This document shows positions 35,018 to 47,154 of a DNA stretch of 64,000 nucleotides, piece after piece. How positions within the stretch are numbered: the first letter of the stretch is position 1; each line of letters begins with the position of its first letter. This stretch comes from Escherichia coli (GTDB lineage Bacteria; Pseudomonadota; Gammaproteobacteria; Enterobacterales; Enterobacteriaceae): the NCBI RefSeq assembly GCF_030384885.1, contig NZ_CP128613.1; one strand, 5' to 3'. The notes beneath the pieces are model-generated. The model was not told the DNA's origin, ran no database searches, and worked only from the letters and a program-made list of their open reading frames with translations. Made by a program: the position numbers and the translations under genes.

Positions 35018-37021
35018 TCAGGCACCTTTCACTCCCAGTACCTTATGCGCTTTTGCCACAATATTCTCGGCGGTAAAGCCAAAGAACGGGAACAGCTTAT
35101 CCGCAGGAGCAGATTCCCCATAACCCGTCATCCCGACAATTGCCCCTTTCAGACCAACATATTTGTACCAGTAATCGGCGATGCCTGCTTCCACCGCCAC
35201 GCGAGCCGCAACGTTAGAAGGCAACACCGACTCACGATATTCCTCATCCTGGGCGTCGAAAATATCGGTCGAGGGCAGGGAAACAACGCGTACATTGCGA
35301 CCTTCTCCCGCTAATTTCTCTGCCGCTTGCAGGGTGATTTCCATCTCTGAACCAGTGGCAATCAAAATAATATCCGGCTTGCCGCCGCTGTCTTTCAACA
35401 CATAACCACCGCGGGCAATCTCTTTTACCTGATCTGGCGTACGTTCCACCTGGGCCAGATTCTGCCTTGAGAGGATAAGCGCCGTCGGCCCGTTGTGACG
35501 CTCGACCGCCAGCTTCCAGCCCACCGCAGCTTCCACCTGATCACACGGTCGCCAGGTGCTAAAATTCGGCGTCAGGCGCAGACTGGCCAGTTGCTCAACG
35601 GCCTGGTGCGTCGGACCATCTTCCCCTAAGCCAATAGAGTCGTGGGTATAAACCATAATCTGCCGCGCTTTCATCAGTGCCGCCATCCGCGCGGCGTTAC
35701 GGGCGTATTCAACAAACATCAGGAACGTCGCGGTATACGGCACGAAGCCGCCGTGGTGCGCAATGCCATTGGCGATAGCGGTCATACCAAATTCACGCAC
35801 CCCGTAGTGAATATAGTTGCCCGCCGGATCTTCCTTCAGCGACACAGAACCTTTCCAGATGGTGAGGTTGCTGGGAGCCAGATCCGCCGAACCGCCGAGC
35901 AACTCAGGCAGCATGGGCCCGTAAGCGTTAAGCGTATTTTGCGAAGCCTTACGGGTCGCGATTTTCGCCGGATTCGCCTGCAACTCATTGATATATTTCT
36001 GCGTCGTTTTTTCCCAGTCTTTTGGTAAACCACCGCTCATCCGGCGAGTAAACTCTTCTGCCAGTTGCGGATGAGCCTTTTTATACGCGGCAAACTTCTC
36101 ATTCCAGCTCTGCTGTGCTTTTTCGCCTTTTTCGCGAGCGTCCCAGGCGTGATAAATCTCTTTGGGGATCTCAAATGGCGGATGATGCCAGCCCAGTTTC
36201 TGTCGAGCCAGCGCCACCTCTTCTTCACCCAGCGGTGCGCCGTGCGCCTCTTCTTTACCTGCTTTATTCGGTGAACCAAAGCCAATCACCGTACGGCAGA
36301 TAATCAGCGATGGCTTATCTTTTACGCTTTGCGCTTCAAGAATCGCTTCCTTCACCGCCTGCGGATCGTGACCGTCGATTTCATGGATCACATGCCAGTG
36401 ATAGGCTTCAAAACGTTTTGCCGTATCGTCGGTAAACCAGCCTTCGGTTTCACCGTCGATGGAAATACCATTGTGATCGTAAAAACCAATCAGCTTGCCC
36501 AGCCCCAGCGTGCCCGCCAGCGAACAGACTTCGTGAGAAATACCTTCCATCAGGCAGCCGTCACCCATAAACACATAGGTGAAGTGATCGACAATTTCAT
36601 GATCCGGCTGGTTAAACTGCGCCGCCAGTGTACGTTCTGCTATCGCCAGTCCGACCGCGTTCGCCAAACCTTGTCCAAGTGGACCGGTGGTGGTTTCAAC
36701 ACCAGGCGTATAGCCAATCTCCGGGTGACCAGGGGTTTTCGAATGCAACTGACGGAAGTTCTTCAGCTCTTCCAGCGGCAGGTCGTAACCGGTCAGATGA
36801 AGCAAACTGTAGAGCAGCATCGACGCGTGACCGTTGGAGAGAATAAAGCGGTCGCGATCATACCAGGTTGGATCGGTGGGGTTATGTTTAAGAAAATCGT
36901 TCCACAGCACTTCGGCAATATCAGCCATGCCCATCGGCGCGCCGGGATGACCAGAATTGGCTTTTTGTACCGCATCCATACTGAGCGCGCGAATCGCATT
37001 GGCAAGGTCTTTTCGGGACAT
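35018..37021 (-). CDS. tktB: Transketolase 2 (TktB)
   Basis: TPP-binding GDGCLMEG motif; start at [27 protein letters not shown] giving 667 aa. Confidence 0.9.
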   Translation of the reverse strand: MSRKDLANAIRALSMDAVQKANSGHPGAPMGMADIAEVLWNDFLKHNPTDPTWYDRDRFILSNGHASMLLYSLLHLTGYDLPLEELKNFRQLHSKTPGHPEIGYTPGVETTTGPLGQGLANAVGLAIAERTLAAQFNQPDHEIVDHFTYVFMGDGCLMEGISHEVCSLAGTLGLGKLIGFYDHNGISIDGETEGWFTDDTAKRFEAYHWHVIHEIDGHDPQAVKEAILEAQSVKDKPSLIICRTVIGFGSPNKAGKEEAHGAPLGEEEVALARQKLGWHHPPFEIPKEIYHAWDAREKGEKAQQSWNEKFAAYKKAHPQLAEEFTRRMSGGLPKDWEKTTQKYINELQANPAKIATRKASQNTLNAYGPMLPELLGGSADLAPSNLTIWKGSVSLKEDPAGNYIHYGVREFGMTAIANGIAHHGGFVPYTATFLMFVEYARNAARMAALMKARQIMVYTHDSIGLGEDGPTHQAVEQLASLRLTPNFSTWRPCDQVEAAVGWKLAVERHNGPTALILSRQNLAQVERTPDQVKEIARGGYVLKDSGGKPDIILIATGSEMEITLQAAEKLAGEGRNVRVVSLPSTDIFDAQDEEYRESVLPSNVAARVAVEAGIADYWYKYVGLKGAIVGMTGYGESAPADKLFPFFGFTAENIVAKAHKVLGVKGA

Positions 37022-37040
37022 ATAACACTCCGTGGCTGGT

Positions 37041-37991
37041 TTATAGTTTGACGGCAAGAAGATCTTCCAGTTTGCGTTGATCAACGGCGAACAGGCGGAT
37101 GCCTTCAGAGAGTTTTTCTACCGCCATTGCATCCTGATTGTGCTCCCAACGGAACTCCGCTTCGCTCATCGGGGCTGGGCGTGGGAACGTCTGAGAAGGC
37201 GGGATTAATTTACGCACTACTGGAGAAACTTTTTCCTGCAGCTCCTTCAGCAAATTCGGCGCAATAGTCAGTCGATCACAGCCGGTTAAGGCGAGGATTT
37301 GTTCGGTGCGACGGAAGCTCGCGCCCATTACAATGGTTTCGTAGTGGTGTTGCTTATAGTAGTCGTAGATATTGCGCACTGACTTAACGCCCGGATCTTC
37401 TTCCACCACATACGGGTCCATCGGCTTACGCGCCTGATACCAGTCATAAATACGCCCGACAAACGGCGAAATCAGAAAAACGCCTGCTTCTGCACAGGCC
37501 CGCGCCTGAGCAAAAGAAAACAGTAGCGTCAGGTTGCAGTTAATACCTTCTTTTTCCAGTTCTTCTGCCGCGCGAATTCCTTCCCAGGTTGAAGCCAGCT
37601 TGATCAGAATACGTGATTTCTCAACGCCTTGTTGCTGATACAAGTCCACCAAATGGCGCGCCTTCTCAATACTTTTTTCTTTATCAAAAGAGAGGCGTGC
37701 ATCAACTTCTGTTGACACGCGACCGGGTACGATTTTGAGAATTTCAGTACCGAAATTGACCGCCAGTTTGTCACATGCAGCGACCACCTGTTGTTCCTGG
37801 GTCTTGCCATTTTTTTTACCCCAGGCGATAGCATCGTCTATTAAATGCTCATATTGTGATAATCCGGCAGCCTTGAGTAACAGCGAAGGATTGGTGGTGG
37901 CATCCTGGGGATGATAATGGCGAATGGACTCAATATCGCCGCTGTCTGCCACGACAGTGGTGAACTGTTTGATGCCGTCTAACTCGTTCAT
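37041..37991 (-). CDS. talA: Transaldolase A (TalA)
   Basis: 316 aa, [23 protein letters not shown]...; immediately upstream of tktB as in the talA-tktB operon. Confidence 0.9.
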   Translation of the reverse strand: MNELDGIKQFTTVVADSGDIESIRHYHPQDATTNPSLLLKAAGLSQYEHLIDDAIAWGKKNGKTQEQQVVAACDKLAVNFGTEILKIVPGRVSTEVDARLSFDKEKSIEKARHLVDLYQQQGVEKSRILIKLASTWEGIRAAEELEKEGINCNLTLLFSFAQARACAEAGVFLISPFVGRIYDWYQARKPMDPYVVEEDPGVKSVRNIYDYYKQHHYETIVMGASFRRTEQILALTGCDRLTIAPNLLKELQEKVSPVVRKLIPPSQTFPRPAPMSEAEFRWEHNQDAMAVEKLSEGIRLFAVDQRKLEDLLAVKL

Positions 37992-38278
37992 AGGAAATAC
38001 TCCTTGAAAAGTAAAGTGTTAGATGAGTGCGTTAATTCACACTTCTGAGAAATTTCGCTAAACGCATCAAAAAAGCATAGCAGACAGGCATGGTATTGCT
38101 GGATTAAGCAGGTAACATCAGTGTTATAGGATTATTACCAAAACATTATGTTAATGGTGAGAGTTTGGACTTGCTCAAAGTCTGTAGGCTCCGGCAAGGT
38201 AATAATGTGCGCCACGTTGTGGGCAAGGCTGTTGCTCACACACTTTATTTGTGAACGTTACGTGAAAGGAACAACCAA

Positions 38279-40558
38279 ATGGATGACCAGTTAAAACAAA
38301 GTGCACTTGATTTCCATGAATTTCCAGTTCCAGGGAAAATCCAGGTTTCTCCAACCAAGCCTCTGGCAACGCAGCGCGATCTGGCGCTGGCCTACTCACC
38401 AGGCGTTGCCGCACCTTGTCTTGAAATCGAAAAAGACCCGTTAAAAGCCTACAAATATACCGCTCGTGGTAACCTGGTGGCGGTGATCTCTAACGGTACG
38501 GCGGTGCTGGGGTTAGGCAACATTGGCGCGCTGGCAGGCAAACCGGTGATGGAAGGCAAGGGCGTTCTGTTTAAGAAATTCGCCGGGATTGATGTATTTG
38601 ACATTGAAGTTGATGAACTTGACCCGGACAAATTTATTGAAGTCGTCGCTGCGCTCGAACCGACCTTCGGCGGCATCAACCTCGAAGACATTAAAGCGCC
38701 AGAATGTTTCTATATTGAACAGAAACTGCGCGAGCGGATGAATATTCCAGTATTCCACGACGATCAGCACGGCACGGCAATTATCAGCACTGCAGCCATC
38801 CTCAACGGATTGCGCGTGGTGGAGAAAAACATCTCCGACGTGCGAATGGTGGTTTCCGGCGCGGGTGCAGCAGCAATTGCCTGTATGAACCTGCTGGTGG
38901 CGCTGGGGCTGCAAAAACATAACATCGTGGTTTGTGATTCAAAAGGCGTTATCTATCAGGGCCGTGAGCCAAATATGGCGGAAACCAAAGCCGCATATGC
39001 GGTGGTGGATGACGGCAAACGTACCCTCGATGATGTAATTGAAGGCGCGGATATTTTCCTGGGCTGTTCCGGCCCGAAAGTGCTGACCCAGGAAATGGTT
39101 AAGAAAATGGCTCGTGCGCCGATGATCCTGGCGCTTGCGAACCCGGAACCAGAAATTCTGCCGCCGCTGGCGAAAGAAGTGCGTCCGGATGCCATCATCT
39201 GTACCGGCCGTTCCGACTACCCGAACCAGGTTAATAACGTGCTTTGCTTCCCGTTCATCTTCCGTGGCGCGCTGGACGTTGGCGCAACCGCCATCAACGA
39301 AGAGATGAAACTGGCGGCGGTACGCGCGATTGCAGAACTGGCCCATGCGGAACAGAGCGAAGTCGTTGCTTCGGCGTATGGCGATCAAGATCTGAGCTTC
39401 GGCCCGGAATACATCATTCCAAAACCGTTTGATCCGCGTTTGATCGTTAAGATCGCTCCTGCGGTCGCTAAAGCGGCGATGGAGTCGGGCGTGGCGACGC
39501 GTCCGATTGCTGATTTCGACGTCTACATCGACAAGCTGACTGAGTTCGTTTACAAAACCAACCTGTTTATGAAGCCGATTTTCTCCCAGGCCCGCAAAGC
39601 GCCGAAGCGCGTTGTTTTGCCGGAAGGGGAAGAGGCTCGCGTTCTGCATGCTACTCAGGAACTGGTGACGCTGGGACTGGCGAAACCGATCCTTATCGGT
39701 CGTCCGAACGTGATCGAAATGCGCATTCAAAAACTGGGCTTGCAGATCAAAGCGGGCGTTGATTTTGAGATCGTCAATAACGAATCCGATCCGCGTTTTA
39801 AAGAATACTGGACCGAATACTTCCAGATCATGAAGCGCCGTGGTGTAACTCAGGAGCAGGCGCAGCGGGCACTGATCAGTAACCCGACAGTGATCGGCGC
39901 GATCATGGTTCAGCGTGGCGAAGCCGATGCAATGATTTGCGGTACGGTGGGCGATTATCATGAACACTTCAGCGTGGTGAAAAATGTCTTTGGTTATCGC
40001 GATGGCGTTCACACCGCAGGCGCAATGAACGCGCTGCTATTGCCGAGTGGTAACACTTTTATTGCCGATACCTACGTCAATGACGAGCCAGACGCAGAAG
40101 AGCTGGCGGAGATCACCTTGATGGCGGCAGAAACTGTTCGTCGTTTTGGTATTGAGCCGCGTGTGGCTCTGTTGTCGCACTCCAACTTTGGTTCTTCTGA
40201 CTGCCCGTCGTCGAGCAAAATGCGTCAAGCGCTGGAACTGATCAGAGAGCGTGCGCCAGAACTGATGATTGATGGTGAAATGCACGGCGATGCAGCGCTG
40301 GTGGAAGCGATTCGCAGCGATCGAATGCCGGACAGTCCTTTGAAAGGTTCTGCCAATATTCTGGTGATGCCGAACATGGAAGCTGCCCGTATTAGTTACA
40401 ACTTACTGCGTGTTTCCAGCTCGGAAGGTGTGACTGTCGGTCCGGTGCTGATGGGTGTGGCGAAACCGGTTCACGTGTTAACACCAATCGCATCCGTACG
40501 TCGTATCGTCAACATGGTGGCGCTGGCCGTGGTTGAAGCGCAAACCCAACCGCTGTAA
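38279..40558 (+). CDS. maeB: NADP-dependent malic enzyme MaeB (malic enzyme + phosphotransacetylase-like domain)
   Basis: 759 aa, [23 protein letters not shown]... Confidence 0.9.
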   Translation: MDDQLKQSALDFHEFPVPGKIQVSPTKPLATQRDLALAYSPGVAAPCLEIEKDPLKAYKYTARGNLVAVISNGTAVLGLGNIGALAGKPVMEGKGVLFKKFAGIDVFDIEVDELDPDKFIEVVAALEPTFGGINLEDIKAPECFYIEQKLRERMNIPVFHDDQHGTAIISTAAILNGLRVVEKNISDVRMVVSGAGAAAIACMNLLVALGLQKHNIVVCDSKGVIYQGREPNMAETKAAYAVVDDGKRTLDDVIEGADIFLGCSGPKVLTQEMVKKMARAPMILALANPEPEILPPLAKEVRPDAIICTGRSDYPNQVNNVLCFPFIFRGALDVGATAINEEMKLAAVRAIAELAHAEQSEVVASAYGDQDLSFGPEYIIPKPFDPRLIVKIAPAVAKAAMESGVATRPIADFDVYIDKLTEFVYKTNLFMKPIFSQARKAPKRVVLPEGEEARVLHATQELVTLGLAKPILIGRPNVIEMRIQKLGLQIKAGVDFEIVNNESDPRFKEYWTEYFQIMKRRGVTQEQAQRALISNPTVIGAIMVQRGEADAMICGTVGDYHEHFSVVKNVFGYRDGVHTAGAMNALLLPSGNTFIADTYVNDEPDAEELAEITLMAAETVRRFGIEPRVALLSHSNFGSSDCPSSSKMRQALELIRERAPELMIDGEMHGDAALVEAIRSDRMPDSPLKGSANILVMPNMEAARISYNLLRVSSSEGVTVGPVLMGVAKPVHVLTPIASVRRIVNMVALAVVEAQTQPL

Positions 40559-40575
40559 TTCATTCTTAACTCTCA

Positions 40576-40608
40576 CGCTTACCCTGAATATTCAGGGTAA
40601 GCGGTTTT
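40576..40608 (+). terminator. Rho-independent terminator after maeB
   Basis: cgcttaccctgaa-tat-ttcagggtaagcg 13-bp perfect stem followed by gtttt. Confidence 0.7.
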
Positions 40609-40609
40609 A

Positions 40610-40850
40610 CTGTAATATATTAGTAAAGCTTATTACTAAGTTTTCGAATAATAAAAAAAGCAGCATATAAACTATCTCGATATCATTTTATTTATATTCA
40701 TGCGTTGCATATGAAAGTTTATGCATCACAGTAAATATCTCTCCATTCTTAGTGATCTACCTCACCTTTTAAACGCGCTTGCCGAATTTTGTTATTTACT
40801 CTGACGAAAAATTGTCACGATACACGAAAGTTTTTCACAGGCGGCGACTC
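40610..40850 (+). promoter_or_regulatory. AT-rich eut operon promoter/operator region (P1, EutR-dependent) upstream of eutS
   Basis: ~240-bp AT-rich leader before first eut gene; exact -10/-35 and EutR site not resolved by eye. Confidence 0.4.
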
Positions 40851-41186
40851 ATGGATAAAGAACGCATCATTCAGGAATTTGTGCCCGGCAAACAGGTCAC
40901 ACTGGCGCATCTCATCGCGCATCCCGGCGAGGAACTGGCGAAGAAAATCGGCGTTCCGGATGCGGGCGCAATTGGCATTATGACGCTAACTCCCGGCGAA
41001 ACGGCGATGATCGCCGGTGATTTAGCGCTGAAAGCCGCCGATGTGCATATCGGTTTTCTCGACCGTTTTAGCGGCGCACTGGTGATTTATGGTTCGGTGG
41101 GCGCAGTAGAAGAAGCGTTATCACAAACCGTCAGCGGTTTAGGTCGCTTATTAAATTATACGCTGTGTGAAATGACCAAAAGTTAA
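40851..41186 (+). CDS. eutS: BMC shell protein EutS
   Basis: [25 protein letters not shown]...; 111 aa from internal Met. Confidence 0.85.
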
Positions 41187-41198
41187 TACGAGGCATTC

Positions 41199-41678
41199 AT
41201 GAAACGAATTGCGTTTGTGGGTGCCGTCGGGGCAGGAAAAACAACGTTATTTAATGCATTACAGGGGAATTATACCCTCGCAAGAAAAACACAGGCCGTG
41301 GAATTTAATGATAAGGGTGATATTGATACGCCGGGTGAATATTTTAGCCATCCCCGCTGGTATCACGCCTTAATTACCACGCTACAGGATGTGGACATGC
41401 TGATTTATGTCCACGGCGCGAATGACCCGGAAAGCCGATTGCCTGCCGGGTTGCTGGATATTGGTGCCAGCAAACGGCAAATCGCCGTCATCAGTAAAAC
41501 GGACATGCCGGATGCTGACGTCGCAGCAACGCGAAAGTTATTGCTTGAAACTGGTTTTGAAGAGCCGATTTTCGAGCTAAACAGCCACGACCCGCAAAGC
41601 GTGCAGCAACTGGTGGATTATCTGGCATCTCTCACCGAACAGGAGGAAGCAGGTGAAAAAACTCATCACAGCGAATGA
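41199..41678 (+). CDS. eutP: Ethanolamine utilisation GTPase-like protein EutP
   Basis: P-loop GAVGAGKTT. Confidence 0.85.
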   Translation: MKRIAFVGAVGAGKTTLFNALQGNYTLARKTQAVEFNDKGDIDTPGEYFSHPRWYHALITTLQDVDMLIYVHGANDPESRLPAGLLDIGASKRQIAVISKTDMPDADVAATRKLLLETGFEEPIFELNSHDPQSVQQLVDYLASLTEQEEAGEKTHHSE

Positions 41679-42354
41679 TATTCGTGAAGCACATGCGCGC
41701 GGCGAACAGGCAATGTCCGTGGTTCTGCGCGCCAGCATTATTACCCCGGAAGCCCGTGAAGTGGCGGATCTGTTGGGTTTTACCATCACCGAATGTGATG
41801 AATCGACTGCGGTAACGACGTCCGTTCCCGCCAGCGTGCCAGCCGATAAAACCGAAAGCCAGCGCATCCGCGAAACCATCATCGCCCAGCTACCGGAAGG
41901 CCAGTTTACCGAAAGCCTGGTCGCGCAGCTGATGGAAAAAGTGATGAAGGAAAAACAGTCGCTGGAGCAGGGGGCAATGCAGCCGAGTTTTAAATCGGTG
42001 ACCGGCAAAGGCGGCATCAAAGTTATTGATGGCAGCAGCGTGAAGTTTGGTCGTTTCGATGGCGCGGAACCGCACTGCGTAGGCTTGACTGATCTCGTGA
42101 CCGGAGACGACGGCAGCAGCATGGCCGCCGGTTTTATGCAGTGGGAGAACGCCTTCTTCCCGTGGACCCTGAACTACGACGAAATCGACATGGTACTGGA
42201 AGGGGAGCTTCATGTTCGCCATGAAGGCGAAACCATGATCGCTAAAGCAGGCGACGTGATGTTTATCCCGAAAGGTTCCAGCATCGAATTTGGTACGACA
42301 TCCAGCGTGAAATTCCTGTATGTCGCCTGGCCGGCTAACTGGCAATCCCTATGA
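41653..42354 (+). CDS. eutQ: Cupin-fold protein EutQ
   Basis: 233 aa; 26-nt overlap with eutP. Confidence 0.85.
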   Translation: MKKLITANDIREAHARGEQAMSVVLRASIITPEAREVADLLGFTITECDESTAVTTSVPASVPADKTESQRIRETIIAQLPEGQFTESLVAQLMEKVMKEKQSLEQGAMQPSFKSVTGKGGIKVIDGSSVKFGRFDGAEPHCVGLTDLVTGDDGSSMAAGFMQWENAFFPWTLNYDEIDMVLEGELHVRHEGETMIAKAGDVMFIPKGSSIEFGTTSSVKFLYVAWPANWQSL

Positions 42355-43154
42355 AAGATTTCATCACCGAAGCATGGCTAAGAGCGAACCATACGCTCAG
42401 CGAAGGCGCAGAGATCCATCTCCCTGCGGACAGTCGCCTGACGCCCTCTGCCCGGGAGTTACTGGAAAGCCGCCATCTGCGCATCAAGTTTATTGACGAG
42501 CAGGGCCGCCTGTTTGTTGACGATGAACAGCAGCAGCTACAGCCCGTTCACGTGCTGACCAGTAGTGATGAACATCCGCAGGCGTGCTGCGAACTGTGTC
42601 ACCAGCCAGTGGCGAAAAAGCCGGACACGCTGACTCACCTGTCGGCGGAAAAAATGGTCGCCAAAAGCGATCCGCGCCTGGGTTTTCGCGCTGTTCTCGA
42701 CAGCACCATTGCGCTGGTAGTGTGGCTGCAAATTGAACTGACAGAACCGTGGCAGCCGTGGCTGGCGGATATCCGTTCGCGTCTTGGCAACATTATGCGT
42801 GCCGATGTGTTGGGCGAACCGCTGGGCTGCCAGGCGATTGTCGGGTTTTCTGACGAAGATCTGCATCGACTTTCTCACCAGCCACTACGTTATCTCGACC
42901 ACGATCATCTGGTGCCGGAAGCCAGCCACGGACGTGATGCGGCGTTGCTGAATCTGCTACGCACCAAAGTGCGGGAAACCGAAACCGTCGCGGCGCAGGT
43001 GTTTATTACCCGTAGTTTTGAAGTATTACGCCCGGACATCTTGCAGGCGCTGAACCGCCTTTCCAGCACGGTTTACGTGATGATGATTTTGAGCGTAACG
43101 AAGCAGCCGCTAACGGTGAAGCAGATCCAACAACGACTGGGGGAAACGCAATGA
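42351..43154 (+). CDS. eutT: Corrinoid adenosyltransferase EutT
   Basis: 267 aa; ATGA overlap with eutQ; conserved operon position. Confidence 0.85.
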   Translation: MKDFITEAWLRANHTLSEGAEIHLPADSRLTPSARELLESRHLRIKFIDEQGRLFVDDEQQQLQPVHVLTSSDEHPQACCELCHQPVAKKPDTLTHLSAEKMVAKSDPRLGFRAVLDSTIALVVWLQIELTEPWQPWLADIRSRLGNIMRADVLGEPLGCQAIVGFSDEDLHRLSHQPLRYLDHDHLVPEASHGRDAALLNLLRTKVRETETVAAQVFITRSFEVLRPDILQALNRLSSTVYVMMILSVTKQPLTVKQIQQRLGETQ

Positions 43155-44167
43155 TTATTGAACGTTGTCGTGAACTGGCGTTGCGAGCGCCCGCCAGAGT
43201 GGTATTTCCGGATGCGTTAGATCAACGTGTGCTGAAAGCTGCGCAATATTTACATCAACAAGGTCTGGCAACGCCCATTCTGGTCGCCAATCCGTTTGAA
43301 CTTCGTCAGTTTGCGCTCAGTCACGGCGTGGCGATGGACGGGCTACTGGTGATTGATCCTCATAGCAACCTCGCAATGCGGGAAGAATTTGCTGACCGCT
43401 GGCAGGCCCGTGCGGGAGATAAAACGCCGTCGGATGCGCTGGAAAAACTTACCGATCCACTGATGTTCGCTGCCGCAATGGTCAGCGCTGGTAAAGCGGA
43501 TGTCTGTATCGCGGGCAACCTCTCTTCAACGGCAAATGTACTACGTGCCGGATTACGCGTTATCGGCTTGCAGCCTGGCTGTAAAACGCTCTCCTCCATT
43601 TTCCTGATGCTGCCACAGTACAGCGGTCCAGCGATGGGCTTTGCCGATTGCAGCGTAGTGCCACAGCCGACGGCGGCACAACTGGCGGATATCGCGCTTG
43701 CCAGCGCCGAAACCTGGCGAGCCATCACTGGAGAAGAGCCGCGCGTGGCGATGTTGTCGTTTTCCAGTAACGGCAGCGCCCGTCACCCCTGCGTTGCCAA
43801 CGTGCAGCAAGCGACAGAAATCGTCCGTGAGCGCGCGCCGCAGCTGGTCGTCGATGGCGAGTTGCAGTTTGACGCCGCCTTTGTGCCGGAAGTGGCGGCG
43901 CAAAAAGCGCCAGCCAGCCCGCTACAGGGCAAAGCCAATGTGATGGTTTTTCCGTCGCTGGAGGCGGGAAATATTGGCTACAAAATCGCACAACGACTTG
44001 GCGGATATCGTGCCGTCGGGCCATTGATACAAGGACTTGCCGCGCCGATGCACGATCTCTCTCGTGGTTGTAGCGTGCAGGAAATTATCGAGCTGGCGCT
44101 GGTGGCAGCTGTGCCGCGTCAGACAAAAGTGAACCGCGAAAGCAGTTTACAAACACTGGTTGAATGA
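43151..44167 (+). CDS. eutD: Phosphotransacetylase EutD
   Basis: 338 aa PTA-family protein; ATGA overlap with eutT. Confidence 0.85.
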   Translation: MIIERCRELALRAPARVVFPDALDQRVLKAAQYLHQQGLATPILVANPFELRQFALSHGVAMDGLLVIDPHSNLAMREEFADRWQARAGDKTPSDALEKLTDPLMFAAAMVSAGKADVCIAGNLSSTANVLRAGLRVIGLQPGCKTLSSIFLMLPQYSGPAMGFADCSVVPQPTAAQLADIALASAETWRAITGEEPRVAMLSFSSNGSARHPCVANVQQATEIVRERAPQLVVDGELQFDAAFVPEVAAQKAPASPLQGKANVMVFPSLEAGNIGYKIAQRLGGYRAVGPLIQGLAAPMHDLSRGCSVQEIIELALVAAVPRQTKVNRESSLQTLVE

Positions 44168-44205
44168 ACGGTCCCGTTCTGGACCCCTATAAAGAGGAAA
44201 ACACA

Positions 44206-44499
44206 ATGGAAGCATTAGGAATGATCGAAACCCGGGGCCTGGTTGCACTGATTGAGGCTTCTGATGCGATGGTGAAAGCTGCGCGCGTCAAACTGGTCGG
44301 CGTGAAGCAGATTGGCGGCGGCCTGTGTACTGCCATGGTTCGCGGTGATGTTGCAGCCTGTAAAGCCGCGACCGATGCCGGTGCCGCAGCGGCACAGCGT
44401 ATCGGTGAACTGGTATCCGTACATGTTATTCCGCGTCCGCACGGCGATCTGGAAGAGGTCTTCCCGATCGGCCTGAAAGGCGATAGCAGCAACCTGTAA
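44206..44499 (+). CDS. eutM: BMC shell protein EutM
   Basis: [28 protein letters not shown] canonical BMC-domain N-terminus; 97 aa. Confidence 0.9.
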   Translation: MEALGMIETRGLVALIEASDAMVKAARVKLVGVKQIGGGLCTAMVRGDVAACKAATDAGAAAAQRIGELVSVHVIPRPHGDLEEVFPIGLKGDSSNL

Positions 44500-44604
44500 T
44501 CACCCTGTGTGACGTCGATCCGGGCGTCACGCTCTCTCCTTTTTCTTTTACCTTCCGCGGAGGGTAGGGGGAGTTTTTACCTGAAATACGCCACGGAGGC
44601 GGGT

Positions 44605-44892
44605 ATGAAACTGGCAGTCGTCACAGGACAAATTGTTTGTACCGTACGCCATCACGGACTGGCGCATGACAAATTGCTGATGGTGGAAATGATTGATCCA
44701 CAAGGTAATCCTGATGGGCAATGTGCTGTCGCCATCGACAATATTGGCGCGGGAACCGGGGAGTGGGTGTTGCTGGTGAGTGGCAGTTCCGCCCGCCAGG
44801 CGCATAAAAGCGAAACGTCACCGGTCGATCTGTGCGTGATTGGCATCGTCGATGAGGTGGTGTCTGGCGGTCAGGTAATTTTCCACAAATAA
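44605..44892 (+). CDS. eutN: BMC vertex protein EutN
   Basis: MKLAVVTGQIVCTVRHHGL..., 95 aa. Confidence 0.85.
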   Translation: MKLAVVTGQIVCTVRHHGLAHDKLLMVEMIDPQGNPDGQCAVAIDNIGAGTGEWVLLVSGSSARQAHKSETSPVDLCVIGIVDEVVSGGQVIFHK

Positions 44893-44903
44893 GGCAGAAC
44901 ATC

Positions 44904-46307
44904 ATGAATCAACAGGATATTGAACAGGTGGTGAAAGCGGTACTGCTGAAAATGCAAAGCAGTGACACGTCGCCCGCCGCCGTTCATGAGATGGGCGTTT
45001 TTGCTTCCCTGGATGACGCCGTTGCGGCGGCCAAAATTGCCCAGCAAGGGTTAAAAAGCGTGGCAATGCGCCAGTTAGCCATTGCTGCTATTCGTGAAGC
45101 AGGCGAAAAACACGCCAGAGATTTAGCAGAACTTGCCGTCAGTGAAACGGGTATGGGCCGCGTAGAAGATAAATTTGCCAAAAACGTCGCTCAGGCACGC
45201 GGTACGCCAGGCGTTGAGTGCCTCTCTCCACAGGTGCTGACCGGTGACAACGGCCTGACTTTAATTGAAAACGCGCCCTGGGGCGTGGTGGCTTCGGTGA
45301 CGCCTTCCACTAACCCGGCGGCAACCGTAATTAATAACGCCATCAGCCTGATTGCCGCGGGCAACAGCGTCATTTTTGCCCCGCATCCGGCGGCGAAAAA
45401 AGTCTCCCAGCGGGCGATTACGCTGCTCAACCAGGCGATTGTTGCCGCAGGCGGGCCGGAAAACTTACTGGTTACCGTGGCAAACCCGGATATCGAAACC
45501 GCGCAACGCTTGTTCAAGTTTCCGGGCATCGGCCTGCTGGTGGTGACCGGCGGCGAAGCGGTAGTAGAAGCGGCGCGTAAACACACCAATAAACGTCTGA
45601 TTGCCGCAGGTGCCGGTAATCCGCCTGTGGTGGTGGATGAAACCGCCGACCTCGCCCGTGCCGCTCAGTCCATCGTCAAAGGCGCTTCTTTCGATAACAA
45701 CATCATTTGTGCCGATGAAAAGGTGCTGATTGTTGTTGATAGCGTAGCCGATGAACTAATGCGTCTGATGGAAGGCCAGCATGCGGTGAAACTGACCGCA
45801 GAACAGGCACAGCAGTTACAACCGGTGTTGCTGAAAAATATCGATGAGCGCGGAAAAGGCACCGTCAGCCGTGACTGGGTGGGTCGCGATGCGGCGAAAA
45901 TCGCGGCGGCAATCGGCCTGAACGTGCCGCAAGAAACGCGCTTGCTGTTTGTAGAAACCCCCGCAGAACATCCGTTTGCCGTGACCGAACTGATGATGCC
46001 AGTGCTGCCGGTCGTGCGCGTCGCCAACGTGGCGGATGCCATTGCGCTGGCGGTGAAACTGGAAGGCGGTTGCCACCACACGGCAGCAATGCACTCGCGC
46101 AATATCGAGAACATGAACCAAATGGCGAACGCCATTGATACCAGTATTTTCGTTAAGAACGGACCGTGCATTGCCGGGCTGGGGCTGGGCGGGGAAGGCT
46201 GGACCACGATGACCATCACCACGCCAACCGGTGAAGGGGTAACCAGCGCGCGTACGTTTGTCCGTCTGCGTCGCTGTGTATTAGTCGATGCGTTTCGCAT
46301 TGTTTAA
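44904..46307 (+). CDS. eutE: Acetaldehyde dehydrogenase (CoA-acylating) EutE
   Basis: 467-aa aldehyde dehydrogenase-family ORF. Confidence 0.9.
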   Translation: MNQQDIEQVVKAVLLKMQSSDTSPAAVHEMGVFASLDDAVAAAKIAQQGLKSVAMRQLAIAAIREAGEKHARDLAELAVSETGMGRVEDKFAKNVAQARGTPGVECLSPQVLTGDNGLTLIENAPWGVVASVTPSTNPAATVINNAISLIAAGNSVIFAPHPAAKKVSQRAITLLNQAIVAAGGPENLLVTVANPDIETAQRLFKFPGIGLLVVTGGEAVVEAARKHTNKRLIAAGAGNPPVVVDETADLARAAQSIVKGASFDNNIICADEKVLIVVDSVADELMRLMEGQHAVKLTAEQAQQLQPVLLKNIDERGKGTVSRDWVGRDAAKIAAAIGLNVPQETRLLFVETPAEHPFAVTELMMPVLPVVRVANVADAIALAVKLEGGCHHTAAMHSRNIENMNQMANAIDTSIFVKNGPCIAGLGLGGEGWTTMTITTPTGEGVTSARTFVRLRRCVLVDAFRIV

Positions 46308-46317
46308 GGAGCAACCG

Positions 46318-47154
46318 ATGGCGCACGACGAACAATGGCTTACCCCGCGTCTGCAAACGGCGGCAACGCTGTGTAACCAGACGCCCGCCACCACGGAGTC
46401 TCCGTTGTGGTTAGGGGTGGATCTGGGCACCTGCGATGTGGTGTCGATGGTTGTCGACTGCGACGGTCAGCCGGTGGCGGTATGTCTCGACTGGGCCGAT
46501 GTGGTCCGCGACGGCATCGTCTGGGATTTCTTCGGTGCTGTCACCATTGTTCGTCGCCATCTCGACACCCTCGAGCAGCAATTCGGTCGCCGTTTTAGCC
46601 ATGCGGCGACCTCATTTCCACCAGGTACGGATCCGCGTATTTCCATCAACGTGCTGGAGTCTGCCGGGCTGGAAGTGAGCCATGTGCTGGATGAGCCAAC
46701 CGCAGTCGCGGATCTGCTGCAACTGGACAACGCCGGTGTAGTGGATATTGGCGGCGGCACTACCGGAATTGCCATCGTGAAAAAGGGCAAGGTGACTTAT
46801 TCAGCGGATGAAGCGACCGGCGGACATCACATTTCTCTGACTCTCGCCGGAAATCGCCGTATTTCGCTGGAAGAGGCAGAGCAGTACAAGCGCGGTCACG
46901 GTGACGAGATTTGGCCTGCGGTGAAGCCGGTGTACGAAAAAATGGCGGACATTGTTGCCCGGCATATTGAAGGGCAGGGCATTACTGATTTATGGCTGGC
47001 GGGCGGCTCCTGTATGCAACCGGGCGTGGCGGAACTGTTTTGCAAACAATTCCCGGCGTTACAGGTGCATCTACCGCAGCACAGTTTGTTTATGACCCCG
47101 CTGGCGATCGCCAGTAGCGGGCGAGAGAAAGCGGAGGGACTATATGCAAAATGA
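46318..47154 (+). CDS. eutJ: Chaperone-like protein EutJ (actin/Hsp70 fold)
   Basis: VDLGTCDV and DIGGGTTG phosphate-binding motifs; 278 aa. Confidence 0.85.
   Translation: MAHDEQWLTPRLQTAATLCNQTPATTESPLWLGVDLGTCDVVSMVVDCDGQPVAVCLDWADVVRDGIVWDFFGAVTIVRRHLDTLEQQFGRRFSHAATSFPPGTDPRISINVLESAGLEVSHVLDEPTAVADLLQLDNAGVVDIGGGTTGIAIVKKGKVTYSADEATGGHHISLTLAGNRRISLEEAEQYKRGHGDEIWPAVKPVYEKMADIVARHIEGQGITDLWLAGGSCMQPGVAELFCKQFPALQVHLPQHSLFMTPLAIASSGREKAEGLYAK

Noticed and set aside
38939-40012. 357-aa ORF on the - strand
   Set aside because: Antisense within maeB; no start context, and composition typical of a spurious reverse frame.
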